Made by a program: the position numbers and the translations under genes
From: Azolla caroliniana
Taxonomy: Eukaryota > Plantae > Polypodiophyta
Direction of reading: 5' to 3'
DNA: 64,000 bases
Assembly (NCBI GenBank): GCA_043228905.1
Contig: JBHGNT010000005.1
Location: 3,844,001 to 3,908,000, forward strand
The notes under the pieces: model-generated
Seen by the model: only the letters and a program-made list of their open reading frames with translations
The model's database searches: none
Told to the model about the DNA's origin: nothing
Shown: piece after piece, positions 1-16,851 of the stretch
Layout of the letters: the number at the start of each line of letters is the position of its first letter
How positions within the stretch are numbered: the first letter of the stretch is position 1

Positions 1-794
1 AATCAAACAACAAAGTTTAACTTACAGCCATAGTGAAGGTTGATCTTTACTATAGCTTTGTTAGCTAACTAGATACCTGTTCAAATGCAAACAATGTGTT
101 AACACAATAAGGCGAGTCTGAGGACTTTGAAAAGATCAAATTTAAGAACTATATGAGGTTTAGCACGAATTAGATCATAAGTGAATTACTATTCACGGAC
201 TTAGTTGTCATTCCATCTCAGCAATCAGTTCCTTGTGTTGTTGCATCATGTGAGTAATGCGAGTTTCTCAAATAGGTGTTGGCTGTGGAACTCCTACTCA
301 TACTTTCGAAAGAGAACAGTCTTCTCATACTTTCGAAAGGGAAAGTTTTCGTTTTGGAGTTAGATCACATGCTTTTCAAAACATATTCTCTCCCCCTCCC
401 CCTCCCCCTCCCCCTACCTCTCTGTGTGTTCAAAATTGTTTAAGAATGAAAATTATCTATCTCTTCCTTTGTCTTGTCTCTCTTCATCTATGAATCTAAA
501 CACATTTACGCAGAAAAAGTAGGATTTTGAAATAAATCTGCATTCATTGCACGGAAATAGTCACATAAACAATCAGCACTCATTGCACAGAAATAGGCAC
601 GTATATAATCAGTACGCATGGCACAGAAACACACAAAACATATAGACAGATTTGCAGACCAAGACTAACGTACAAAGAAAAAATAAGGAGAATTGTTTCG
701 GAGAAAGCGAGAGGAGAGTACCTGAGAAGCCTTCGAACAACTTCAAACGTTTGGCTGGAAAACGTGCAGTGTGAATTTATACTCGATTTTATGT

Positions 795-798
<4 letters not shown>

Positions 799-830
<32 letters not shown>
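799..830. repeat. (AG)n microsatellite
   Basis: About 16 AG units. It reads (CT)n on the minus strand, typical of plant 5' UTRs, and a minus-strand CAG|GTACTC donor-like site lies at 722/721. Confidence 0.85.
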
Positions 831-832
<2 letters not shown>

Positions 833-3800
833 GGAAGGTGGGGGGGAGAGAGAGTGACAGTGAGTTAAGTGAGTGAGTGTCTATTACCCTAACAATCAAA
901 ATGTATTGGAATATTATATAAGTAGCCGCTTCAATCTCATCGTATGATGTATCCTCTCACTCATTCTCTGTCTCTTTTGTAAAAGCACACAATTATATAA
1001 TTGTATGAAAAATACACTTGTTACAACTTATTAGTCTCCTCTGCCTTACCTATCCTATGTAGAGAGTAGAGGCGTCTTGTAAAGAAACTTGAGGAAATGA
1101 TCCCCACATGCCTTTCAACTTCTTCATATAGGCTTTCACCCCATGTCTACTATCAAACATGATCGAACAACTAACTCAAAGGCCCAACATATCTCTATGT
1201 TCTCTGTCATTTCCCAAATTCCCCTTAATGTTGTTTCTTAGTTCCTCTTGAGCAATTATGCGTGATATTTCATCACTAACTCTCTTGAGGATTGATCCAA
1301 TTCATTTGCTGACTATATGAAATAATCGGGAATTGTCATTGTTTTTACCTTAACTATACTTGTCTATATTCACATTTATGAGCAGAGTTTGAAGCATAAG
1401 AAAGAGCATAACAGTCTAGCTTATATGTGTTATGTGAATTTAAGGTTTGAAGCACAAGAAATGTAGCTGAATGTTCAATTAATGAGTTCCATATACGTAG
1501 GATCCTAAGCATACTTTGATATTACCCAATACCTAATACAAGGCACCATACCAATTACAAAGTTCAAGGTAAAATGGTGCTTTTGTCCTCATAAGTTGAT
1601 GTTGATCCTTGGGCATCATCATATGCTACATTGTCGGAATTAACCTTAATATGACCCAAGGATCATCCTAAGAGTTTGGATGATATCCACAAGGATGTGG
1701 CACATAGTCATTTCACTATTGATCAACCACTAATGACTTTGCAAAGGTATTGTGTGAATTTTTGGGTGCCTTTCCTCATTTTCCTTGGGCATTAAAGCAT
1801 CATAATAGAAACTTTAGTTCATTGTTTATTTAGCGAAAAAAGTTATTGGAATTGTTATTTACATTAAACCTTGACAAATAAATTAGAAGGTTTCCTCCGC
1901 ACTATGTTATCATTGATTCAATTGACATTATTGTCAAATCAATTTCGTAAACCATTGCTTGACTCATAGTTTGATTTAGGGAGATTACCAAAATATATGA
2001 TATGATGTAGATATTAAAGAAGACATTTTGTGGTGATGTCTTATAGGAGGTTCCCCATTAATTTCTGCCATATACCAATCCTTTCCACCAACACAAAGGA
2101 ATAAGTGCCTCCACAATCACATTGCCTAACCACCCACAAAATTAAAACTAGCTTTCAAAATGGCATAAGAAAACAAATAATGGATTACTTACAATTTGAA
2201 AGCATCGCAAATATTATTTTCTAGAACTCAATTTGGTAGATGTAATGGTTTACAACCATAATGTTTGTGGGTTTCAAATCTCAAGCAATGGTTTTCAGGT
2301 CACAAATTTGGCTTCAGATATCATGCATACTAACCATTTGCTCTTTTAAATTGCTTTATAACATTTACAGAGAGAAAAAAGCAATGCTTGTGACTTTACG
2401 GATACATACATTACTTTGATCTCAGAAGTGCACATACAAAACATGAACGACCTCATATATGCATAGATATAGAGAGAATTGGTTGGCAGCAATCTTCCCA
2501 ATAACAAACAAATTCGAAAAAACACGGAACATGCAAATGATCAACTTTACACCCAAAATATTATTATAACACATCATCCACACAAACAACTTTCAGCACT
2601 AAAATGGCTTTACAACACTGTTCCCACATTCTCATTGGTAATGTTACTTTATGCACAATTTATTCGCAGTACTACCTCTAGATATATAATGCTTCTGCAT
2701 TAATAATAGGAAATTTCCGAGCCTAATATTGATTGATGCACATGACAACCATTTGTCATTGATATTTAATTGAATGAAGGTATGATAAAATTTATTAGAG
2801 GGAAATTTGAGCCAAGGCTTAAGATTATAAAGTTAAGATCATGGGCAAACCCTCCATCATTAGCGCAACCTAATCACTAAATCCTCATCACATGAGAGAA
2901 TCAGTTACAAAACAGGATATATGATGGGGCATGTGGCCATGAATGAGTTACAAAGAGTAAGCCATTATACTTTCTGCTTCATAGTGTGCTATGACAGAAT
3001 AACATGTCTTTATATAAGTTCCAAGAAAATCAGTTTGCCCAGGATAAAATACAAACAAAGAAACCATGGCTCAGGTAACAAATGCAATTCGAGAGATGTT
3101 CAATGTCACTTGTTTAGACAGGATGTTGATGTAGACCAAGCACAAGACAAGAGTTCCATGAGAACAGAAATAAAAGTCTAGAATAAAGACCATTCAAAAC
3201 AATTTATTACAATTTGAGATACACCATGACCAAAAAAATGGACTGCTCTCTGGGTACATACACTTCAGTAATGTATGTTTGAACTACAAATCAGAAATAT
3301 GCAAACTCCAAAAGAGCATTTGCACATACAACTACTTTATATGTGCTCTTTCATTTGTAGAGGGATAATCAGAAGTCCGATTTGACTGGTAATTCATCGA
3401 CCACTGTCTTTTATTTTATACAAATTCTTTAAAACAGATCTACAAAAACTTTGAAGGAGCATTTCCATAGTCTTTGTCATGTGTGTGCTGAAAGAGAAAA
3501 TCGAATAATTAATCTCTCTCCCTTTATTATTATTATTATATATATGTTTGTATGTATGTATGAATTAAAATTACAAGAAAATTTCCCAATTGATTGGAAT
3601 CACTTATTGGCCATATATAGACACCATCCACGCCTCATTGTATGAAGGGTCTATTTATTGCTAATGAATCCCAGAACATAAGTTAACAAATACATGGAGG
3701 CCCCTTATTTATGATTTCAAAGAAGTCATTTTAACAAGTCCTTCATATGCATTGATATAAACCCACCTATTCATAGATCAATCAAAATTCATGTATACAA

Positions 3801-5302
3801 TCATCGTAGATAGTCTAGAATTCGCCTTTCCAATCGTTCCAACTTCCCCTCAGCTTAGCATGAACCAAGCCTGAATAAAGTTCCAGAAGTGTATAAAAAC
3901 CATACCAGCCGACAAAGATGTCCTACAGATAACCTTAAGGGCCATTCTAAAACTAATTTTAACAGATTAAGTGTGAGATAGTTGAGAAACCAGCTCATCT
4001 GTAACCTGGAAAAGACTATAATGACATATTACACGTAGGAACATGTGGTGGCCTGGGAGCCTTAGATGTTAAACTATGTATAGGAGACTAGTTATATCCT
4101 CATTACAGAATCTTGAGAAGTTGTTGGAAACCGTATTCAACCACCAAAGATAACATAAGGTAATATTCTTTGGTATAGGACACAGATGGTATTTTATGTT
4201 TGCCTCATGTCCTACACTCAGGTTGGCCAGTGTGTTTGAGCACCCTTAAATCCATTCTTCCTTAATCTCTTTAATATTTTGCTCATAATTAGTTCAATCT
4301 GCAATAAAAGACCATTCATTTGGAAATATCGTTGACATTTCCCAGTCAAGTACTACCACACAATTTAACCTATGCAGGCAAGTTCCCAATTATAATCTCA
4401 CCTAAGATTCCATCTCTCTAAAGATCAATCAACATTCCTAGTATTCAACCTTCTAACAACTCATTGTAAAGAATACTAAGGGGGTATCATATCTCTTCTT
4501 AGTTAGTAGCATGGTTGAACATGATGATACTAAGCAAGCTGTGCTTGCAAAAAGCAACCCTTGGTCCAACAGGTACCAACAGAACATCAAACTCTACCAA
4601 GGAAACTACGCGAAATGCAAGTCACAAGCTGCCTTAGCAAACAGTAACCCGTAGTCCAACAAATGAGCATAATGATATCAGCGGGACATCAAGCTGCAAG
4701 GTGGCCTAGGAGAAGGTTCCACTTGCTCTAACTGTTCCTTCTGAGAGCATACGTGTTTTTTGAATCATCAAACTCTTGCTAAAATGGTAGATCTCAAGAA
4801 GATATTACATTCCACCTTAAAATTTTCCTTTTTTTTTGAGATGTTTTTCATAAAAAAAACGTCTGCTTTACTCTATTTGCATCTCTGTCAATGTGTTTTA
4901 TCACAGTTAAGAGATCCTTACATCTCGGCATCTATGTGTCCTGGTATGTTCAAGATGTTTTTTGGAAGATTTGTATCTCCTATCAACAATGTCTGGCTCT
5001 ATACTTATAGTAGCTTTAATTCAGTCACCAATTTGAACCTTATGAGGAATAAGGCAAATTTTGTGGATGAAGGAAAATGTTTGTTACTTTTTGAGTTATG
5101 TTTCTCATATACGCTTGAAATTCATATCAACCACAGGACATACACTTCTATCATAGTTAAATGTTTCATTTTTTAAGAATAAAGTTGACCAAATCTTGTG
5201 ATGGTAGAAGCCATAAAAATGTGTGTATTAAATAAAGGAATTGATTCTTCACCAGCTTTACTAAGAAATAAGGTGCAACGGGGGAGAAGAAGAATAACTC
5301 AC

Positions 5303-5470
5303 AGCTTCTGCAACGCATCCTTTGTAGACAGCGAAGGGAACAAGGAAGCCAAAGGTGAAGATGAGAGCAAGGTTTCGACGACTGAAGCGGAAATGCTGCT
5401 CCAGAGTCTCTCGATGCGTAGCCCAGTCCTCGATATACTTGTTCTTCGCGACGCCCATCCCTCCCGCCAT
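5303..5470 (-). CDS. NDUFB4: Mitochondrial complex I subunit B15 (NDUFB4 family), coding exon 1
   Basis: MAGGMGVAKNKYIEDWATHRETLEQHFRFSRRNLALIFTFGFLVPFAVYKGCVAEA matches the plant B15 pattern (KNKxIEDW..RE.LE..FR..RRN plus a TM helix) and ends at the donor GCT|GTGAGT. The short last exon was not identified with certainty. Confidence 0.85.
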
Positions 5471-7179
5471 GGCTCTCAAATCTCTGAGTTTTTCTTTTCT
5501 TCTTCTTTCTTCTGATGGAACATACAGACAGTGAAACCTGAAAACCTAAATAAAGAGGGGCTTGGCAGATTTCTTTATTTCCCAAAATACCCCCGTCCTT
5601 TTATTTATTTTCTCGGGACATCATAATACGGTACATATACCCTGTTCAGCTTTCCATTAATTCAACGTATGCCCCTACCATTTCTTCTTCTTCGTCTTCT
5701 TCTCAAACCTTAATGGACCCCGAAAACCTAAATACTGTGGAACCCGCTGCATGTTTGCTTCACCTCTCCAAATAACCTTGCAGTTTACATTATTTCCGAT
5801 AATGTCCTCGATTATTCTCATGATTCTCCTTCTTTCGTCTTTCTTTTGGATTGTCCCCAATTTGTAATCATTAAAAAAACCTAAATACCTATGGACATCA
5901 TCATCATCATGGGTTCATCGTTCATGCCTTAGGACAACATCCAAAGTTTTTAGACACCCCCTTTGCCATTGAGATGTGATAAATGGGACTGAATTGAGCC
6001 CCATGTTAAGTGATGATCAAACTTCCGTTCTCCAAATTTTTTAACTTTGATGGTATGAATTGCATGACGAGACAATGCCTACAATAAGGATCAAAATGGA
6101 AAGCTTGCAAACTCCCAAAACATCCCACTCTCTATCTCCATGTTCTTTTCTTCTTGAATCCTTAATAAAATGATATTCCCTTCATTTATTACACTTAAAT
6201 CGCTTAACTTTTCACGGCTCTCAAAACACGCCCAAATGCCAAGATCAAATAAACCTGTCACAGCAAATGTTCCAAAAGCAACAACAAACTATTTTGGGTA
6301 TATCCAATGATGGTTTTCTTGTGCCCTCAAGTGCCCAGCTGGAGAATAAATCCTCTAACAATACACCGTATGCCTCTGAAAATATTAGAAGTAGTTAGAG
6401 CAATGGTGGTCCAAACATTCAAGGGAACGAAGTAAAATGATGGCTCATAGAAGAAAATACAAAGCCAAGCGCAATTTTCATCCAACAAAGCAATTTTTCG
6501 TAGGGATAACAAATGCACCTCAAAACAAGGATGGATTTGACCACATCATTCTTCCATTTGCATTAGTAAGTATGAAAAAAAAGGGGATGAATTGATTATA
6601 CATCTGCTCAAATGGCACACATAATTGTTATTCTAATGATTCCCCAACAACAATCCAAGAAACAGCAAAACTCTATGTTTCTGTGGGAAAATAAAGAACC
6701 CAAGAATATGTCAAGGTTTTACCCAAAAAAGAGAAAATTAAATTTACTTCTGTATGTGTGCTCTAACCGTAAAATAAATGCATGACGTAAGCACACACTA
6801 CAAGAATACTTCGTAATCGTCGGAAATTAATTTTGAATTGAGCTTGTGATGACTTCTTCTGTTGCTTACACATTCAATGAGCACTATCCGGTCTTACTAT
6901 TCTGCTCACTAGTCAGTAAAGACACATCCTCTTTACGTACAAAAATAATCAAATAATGTCATGTGAATGTGATAAGGAAATAACAACATTTTTGAGCCCT
7001 TCATCATTAATGCTCACAGATTTTCTTTTACGTTCAGATGTTACCAAGAAACATTGCATTGATTCACTTGCATGAATTGTTCTTTCTTTTGAATTAACAC
7101 AACTCTGTATGACAACTTTCCTAGTGACTACTATCTTCCTCTCATTTTCACAACGTTGCAAGAACTTGTCTATATAAAT

Positions 7180-10100
7180 TTAGGTGGGTGGATCAAGAAG
7201 ACCCCGTCTCTGCAATATCTTACAAGAAGGACAATACCATTTTCCTTTAAATCGCGTCTCTGAACTCAGACCAACACATTGGTAATGAAACCATTCACCT
7301 CCTTCACACTGAAAATATACAAAGAAATATATCCATTAGGTGATGATGATAGTAGGCATCCTCAATAACCAAGCCAGTGAACCAATGACTTACATTCTCA
7401 TTATCACAAGCAATCATATCTCCAAATGATACCTGCAATAAATCACAGCAAAATAGCTATAATTATAATAGTTGTCCAGATATTTTACCCTTACCCTGCC
7501 ATAAGCTTACTGGATAAAAACTCCCCCATTAACTAAGGATGCTCCTCATATCCAACAATGCAATCTAACAGTCACAATTTTCAAAGCTCACAAGGATATT
7601 GATTAACAAGAAATCTTATCACCCAACAGGAGATAATCATGCACTGGAACCTGCATGAAGTCTATTAGTAATAGAATCTAAAGATCTCAAAGCTAAACAA
7701 TGGTATCATTTGAAAAGAAAATCAGGTTCCAAGCGGTAAAAAGGGGACCCAAACTAGTTCCAAACTCCCTGAAGTCATTTATCAATGCAATCCAATACCA
7801 ATACCTCGAAGCTCAAAACTTTAGGTTCCCAGACGGAGATATGATAGAGTGCTGCAATCAGGGTGTTGGGAATCATATAGCAGTGAAAACTAAGTTAGGT
7901 TTATTTTATCTGGCTGAAAGTACAATATTGTAGGCTCATTTGGGCGAATTCGTCATTACCCAAATAACAATAGAAAATAAGGAAAAGTGTCTTTTACCTG
8001 GCCACAAATGCAATATGTAGGCTCGTTTGGATCAATTGGTTGATCTTCGCCATCCATAGGTGCAGGTATGCTTTTCTTCTTGTGAGCACTGCCAGGAGGG
8101 GGCATAAGCTCAGAATCTCGATCCAGCTCTCTATCTCTATCTGGACGCATTTCCAGTCTCTTACCCTGTGGCGTTGTAAAAAATCCTTTCCTCTTTTCAT
8201 CCCTTATGCTATAAGCTGGTAGAACTGCTGGCTCATCAAGCGCAATCTTTCCTTCTGTAAAGGGTCAATCACATATTAGAAAACCATGAATTTATCTTTT
8301 TTAATTACAATTTGCAGTATAGAATCCAAATGCATAAATGCAAGAGCAGCTTAAAAGTTCAACTTTGCATGTCATGTCGAAACATAAATGTGAAAGGTCT
8401 CCTAAAATACATTTCATAAAAGAAATTCCCATCCCTAATTAAATTCTTCAAAGACTCATAAATGACCTATTGAAACTCATTGTTAAACTCAACACAGTCA
8501 AAATAATGATCCAGTATACATACACATGTATATAGTGATGGGAACTTAATCATGTCGCATATGACATGGCCAATTGGCACTATTAATTTAGCCAAGTTCC
8601 AACCATCTTGTACCTAGATGCAACACACACTATAAAAATATTATTCATATGATATCATTGATCACATTACACAGTATTACTTCTGTGATAGTGGGTGCAA
8701 TACTTGCTAATTCTAATGTGATAACTTGATCATAAGTTTAAACACCACTATCTGAGTTTAGACTCAAGCAGTGGAATATTTTCATGTCTTCCAGAAACAG
8801 GCATAATTAGAATAACCCCAAAGTGTACAACGTCTCCACAATCCGAAATTGAGACAGAATAGGGTAAAGGGGTCAGTGACATAATTCCGAATTAGTCTAC
8901 TGCTGGTCTTAAATTTTCTAGATCATACAAATTAAGAGGTATCATCGATGCATAGGAGCTCTAAACAGCCAATTTCTGTTCTCGTGCAAGTGGTCGAAGT
9001 ATCAACATCCTTGTAACAAGTTGCACAAGTGAAAAAAAGAGAATTCACATTATTGTTATAAGATGAGAAGTAAAGATATTGATTGTTGGAATAAAAAAAT
9101 GAAATGGAAAGAGTTTTCAATGCACTCAGGGTTCCTATCATATCTCACCAGCGTCAAAAAAATGGCTATAAGCCTTCTTCAAAAAACATTTAAGAACTAC
9201 ACTTAATCGAAAAGGTGGTTATAATAGGGGAGTGAGATAGAAAGCGAGTTTCATATAATTACTTGATCATTCATATGATTACATTGACATATGTCTTACT
9301 AATGAGGAATGTTTTTCTTCACAACTTACAGCCTCCTTCGAAAATTTCACAAAAAAGAGAAAAAAAATATGCAAACCTTGTTTTAGTTCCTCTGCAAACT
9401 GGTTCAAGTCTTCATCAAGACGCTTTAAGTGACTATCAATCTAAAACAATAGAAATCAGGTCTAAGCCAAAAATTAACATGCACTAAAAGACAATGAACT
9501 CTGGGTACAATCCGGGAATACACTAACACAAAAATATCTTTGTGATTTTGTCTCTTTCTATGAGGCTATGCATTCTCAAAATTATGTACAGTGTATTATA
9601 AGGTACAATTATGATGAAAGGATATTTCAAGACTCTTTGCTGAATGAAACTACAAATAGGTGTAAGGCAATGTTTAAAATATTAACTTCAAATTTTCAAA
9701 TATAGTGGAACAAGGCTATTTGCCAAACAAGGCTGTGCGAAATAATGTTTTAATATATTCAAATTTGAACATATTGACCAAAATGTGGTGGGGTGAGTCA
9801 CTTTTTTGAATGTGTTGAAACAAAGAATAGATACAACATAATAAATTTAAAAGAAAATTTAAAATAAATAAATAGAATTTACTATGAGAGGCTTCTTTAC
9901 TGAACTTATAAAAACGCAAATGCAAGAAACTGAAGAAAATGTAGGTTTTAGCGTTTTACAAGCAACCTACCAAAATATTTAACAAGGTAATGGATGCAAA
10001 CCATGACTTGCTATATGTTACTATGAAAATGCTTAACAAGATGGAAGATATGGGCCAACATCTTTTTTAAGAGAAATTTTTACTTTCCAATAAGAAACCC

Positions 10101-11161
10101 ATTGAAATGTTTAGCAAGAAAATAGTTGTAAGATAATGTGTTTAGAGAATTAACTCTACGAAACTATTAAAAATGTAGTAAGACCCAGCAATCCACAGGA
10201 AAACATGTTTCTGAGTCACTAATCCATGTACAGGAGAAGCACATACCAGGTCATAACCTTGTTGTGCTAGGAGAACCTTTTCTGTGCAAAGGCTGAGAGC
10301 ATTCTCTTGATTTACTTCAATCTCCTTCCTTAACTTCTCGACGAGCTCTTCTTGCTCTGGAGTCGCTTTCTTCGAATGTTGCGAAGGGAAGCTCAAACAG
10401 TAATTTGTTTGCTCCTTTGTCTGACCTATCATGGCTGAAGAGGTAAAAAATTAAAAACAAAACAAGTAAATCTTCACTACCAATTAACGAGATAAAACTA
10501 GAAAAAAATTCTGAAAGAGAAGAAATGAAAATATGAGAAACGGTTACTCTTCCAGAAGGGAAAAAAATAATCCTTTCTGAATGGAAAAACCTCTTTCTGA
10601 AAAATTAAACAAAACATTTATTTGTGAAAACAAATTGGCAAGCTCTTTCTGAATAAATGACCTCTCTCTGAAAAAGAAAAATAGTTCTGATGATATTTTG
10701 CTGGAAAGAACAACATGCTCGCCCCGTTGAAATAAAAGGCCTATATTCTGAATAAATAGATGTAACTAATCTTTCTGAAAAGAAAAAACGCGTCTTCCTC
10801 AAGAAGATGATGATGATAATTCTAAAGGGGGATAGTACTACATATTCACTCTTTCTGTATAAGAAACCATAGATCTTACACTGTGAGCGTTCGTCGAGCT
10901 CTCTCATTGTAGACAAAAGCCTTTGGAGGTCAGCAGGAAGAGAACTGGAATCTGTTCAAAGGAAAACAAACAAACAAACAGATGAAAATTAACTGGCAAA
11001 CGATCTTGAACAAAAAGAGGAAGAAAAGGAAAAAGAAAAAGATTTTCCCAAGAAGAAAAAAACTTTCAAGTATTTTATTCTGAGACGAGCGAAAATCGTT
11101 TTGTGTGAAGCATACATTCAAGGTAGTCATCCACGAAGACGCCTGTTCTCGCAATCGCCAT
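7180..11161 (-). CDS. ING2: PHD finger protein ING2 (inhibitor of growth family), 7 exons, 264 aa
   Basis: Exons 11161-11116, 10951-10880, 10434-10247, 9440-9377, 8254-7998, 7432-7394 and 7308-7180, all GT-AG, total 795 nt in frame. The protein starts [16 protein letters not shown], has the ING coiled coil ([23 protein letters not shown]) and ends with the PHD finger [39 protein letters not shown]...KGKWYCPSC. Confidence 0.95.
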
Positions 11162-12616
11162 ATCTGTCTCTCTGTCTCCTGCCTCTTTTTCACACAGAAG
11201 GAAGGCTTGGATTCCCTGAGCTTTTCTTTATTTCTCTAAATGCCCCTGTGTTCTCATTATCTCCAGAAACTACCCCTTCGTGAACAAATTTGAAAGGACA
11301 TCGACTGATTGATTTTGCCGTCCCCAATGCCCATATCAAATATGACTAAAGTATGTACAGAATCAAGTTGTGAACCATTCTCACCATAGCACATGGAGTT
11401 ATTACTTGCTCATCAAATGGGCACTTTGTGGTTGGGAGAGAGAAATGTGAGTATGGGAGAGATGGATAGGTTGATCGAGGATTGAAAATGGTACAAGAAT
11501 CAATCTAGAATGTGATCTAAGGTTGAGCATCATAGATTAGTTTGTCACTTAGCTAGAAGCTTTGGTCAAGGAAAAACAATGTTTAGTTGATGAGGCTCCC
11601 TTCCAATGCCCTAATGCCATCACACGTTAAAGTAAGTAAGTGAATATGATCTAAGTCAAATGGAAGCAACCATGTGGATTGCACACAAGGAGACATATGG
11701 GTGAAGGCAATTCGTACATTCAATAAACAAATTTGATTTGCAATTTCATGCTACATATATGATATATTGTGTGAAGAGGCAAGCAGACTCAAGATCTATC
11801 CTTAGCAATGATACGTTAATATCCCCACAAAACCTGATTGAGGAATCTAATTAGGTTTACGTATACAGCATCCCACCTTCCAAACCACATATATTCCATT
11901 GACTTACAACTGACATTTTAATGTTGCATGTCTTTTGAACTTTTTTACATGCTTCCCATGGAGTTTTTCCATGTCTTTGACTACGATTTCTTTGAAAAGT
12001 GTCCAATCTCAAGTAGGAGTATGTATTGCAACACTTTTGTACTGATTATACTCACGATTCCTAACCTCACATCCACACACATACATGTCATGAGCACACG
12101 TTACACTCCTTGTAAGCCTCCTCCATATGCACAAATCTGGCTGCCTTGAAGCCTCTAATGTTTCACTTCATCAGTGGTACAAACAACGATATCCCTTCTC
12201 AATTCATTCTAATCCACGAGATCATGACAGTTTACACGGAAGCATACAATCATCATTTTTCTCAATTTATGCTAAAGCAAAGCAAACAACAAAAGAAAGA
12301 TGTAGAAACATGATAATAGGTAACTGAATAGAACAAACTAGCATATTATTTATTACAGCCATGTTAATTCTAGAGATGATATTGCTCAAAGATTTACAAC
12401 TACCACATAAAATGTCAAAAAGCAATATCAAAAAAATCTAAACACAAAAATTGAATACAACATGGCTATTTTATGCCATGTTGACATGGGCAGAGGATGC
12501 AACCGAGGTTTGCTCCAAATGCTGCCACGGCATTAGGCAATACATAAATAAATTGGGGTTCATATAGATGAAAATAAATAGATATTTATGTATGTAATAT
12601 ATGTGACCATTTTGTT

Positions 12617-14968
<2,352 letters not shown>

Positions 14969-15009
14969 GGCAACAAACCAAAATTTCTCAGAAACCCTAT
15001 TTGTCTGGC

Positions 15010-15525
15010 AAGTTTCTTGGATTGAAGCTTCAAATGGGGATCATTTTTCCATGCATACGTGATGGGAAATCATGGTAGTAAAAATGAAGGTGACCACTTT
15101 TCAAAAACCATAAAAGATGCTCTGTTTTTCTCAAGAGTTTCTTGAATCAAAACTTCTGATTATCCGTAAAGTTCACACTCTTGAATTAAAGCTTCGAAAT
15201 AGTGGTCCATGTTGGGTTGTATATGAAGTTATCCACTTTTGCAAACCCTAAAATCCTCTGTCTCTTTCCACTTCTTCAATCAAAACTCCAGAGAGTAATC
15301 ACTTTTTCCCGTATATGTGTGATCACACACGTAAAGTAACGCCTCTAAAAAACTCTGCTTCCTGGAAGTTCTTGAATCACAGCTTCAAAGAATGACCAAG
15401 TTTGCTATGTTTATGTAGTTATATATAAAATCACTACGTCTAGCAAACCCCTAAAAAGCTCTGTTTCTTGGAAGTTCTTGAATCAAAGCTTCAAAGGGTA
15501 CCGCTCTTCCCATGTATGTGTGGTT
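15010..15525. repeat. Degenerate direct repeats upstream of the NUDX19 start codon
   Basis: About six recurrences of a GTTCTTGAATCAAAGCTTCAAA-like core (near 15012, 15136, 15180, 15272, 15366, 15472), often preceded by AAACCCTAAAA..CTCTG. Confidence 0.6.
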
Positions 15526-15790
15526 AAGAGTGAAGAGATCGGATCTGTTTAATCCATATATAATATAGAAAGATCGGTACAATGATGGATCAACGGCAGC
15601 GAGAAACGATCTTGAAGCTTTTTTGGATCGAATATCCTCTAATGAAGCTAAATACCATTGCTTTTATAAATGATTATATGCAGAGTGAGAGAGGCCTTCC
15701 TACCTGCTGAACCAATTGCTTGGAAGAAGAAGATGATCGATCAAAAATCGAGATTTGAGTGAAAACCGAGAAACAGAACCAAATATGATC

Positions 15791-15792
<2 letters not shown>

Positions 15793-15826
<34 letters not shown>
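15793..15826. repeat. (CT)n microsatellite
   Basis: Pure TC run of about 17 units. Confidence 0.85.
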
Positions 15827-15833
<7 letters not shown>

Positions 15834-16851
15834 CCTTCACTAATAGTAGACTTACAATCTAGAAGTAATTCTTGATTCAATAACTTTTGCCCACGAGTTC
15901 CTGACCTTCATTCCCAGACATGGAACATGCATGTATTATGCTTCTCATGTCATGCATGTATGTATGATGGGCATTATGTCTTTCAATGTATGTATGCCTC
16001 TTATGGTCATGGTGTATGAATGTATGTATGTGCCCACTCCTTGAACCCTTATACTCGACTCACCACCATCCATGGTTGGGTGCTCTAGAACACAGATGTG
16101 TCTCTTGGTATGTGTATTGCCTTTACCATGGTGATGTTCCCATTTATGTGTATGGGACATTGCTGCTTGGATCTTGGTCATGTGGGCTTGACATCATGAG
16201 CCATGGTGAAACAACGAGGCTCACTCGTTTAGGCCTTCACATTCCCTCGATAGCCATGTACGTTTTGTGTGTGAATCTAACCGTGATAGTCTAATATAGG
16301 TGGGTCTTGTGATTATTACCCTTAAGCAAAAATAATATGTGTTGCACTCTCCCTAATGGTCAAGTATAGATCATGTGCATTGTGCACTATGTAATCTAGG
16401 TGTGAACCTCGAGTAGTTGTGCTATTGCACATAAATTGGGAACCTTGCATCCTAATCCAAACACAAGCATATTGGTTGTTTCGAATGTCCTTTGATTTAC
16501 AAATGATGACAAGTTCCCTATAAGCAACATTTTATTATTATAGTGTTACATGTATATGTGGTATCGTCGTGTTTATTTGAAATGAGTATCTAATGAGTAA
16601 AAAAATCATTGTGTCGAATGTCGATGCGTAGACTTTAGGAGGTTTTATAGGGTGTATATATGCCACATTTATTTGTATGTTGCATAGCATGTAATATTCC
16701 TTCATTGTTTTAATTGGTTAAACTCACTCGGTAATTTCAACTCTTTACAAACATCTAAGATCTCGCTCATATGGGGCATGTGTGTATGTGTATGCACTGG
16801 TGTGAGGCAATCTTTCATATAATCAACTTGTGACAATAAAGTACAATGCTT

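Noticed and set aside
1-900. A fourth minus-strand gene starting near 830-900
   Set aside because: Only a donor-like site and a (CT)n tract are visible, and no coding exon lies in the window, so it cannot be called.
4760-5176. 138-aa plus-strand ORF and other short ORFs in 1-16 kb
   Set aside because: AT-rich intron or intergenic frames with alternative starts and no family motifs.
15365-15483. Heat-shock elements in GAAGTTCTTGAA
   Set aside because: The GAA-TTC spacing is one base rather than two, so only two correctly spaced units exist.
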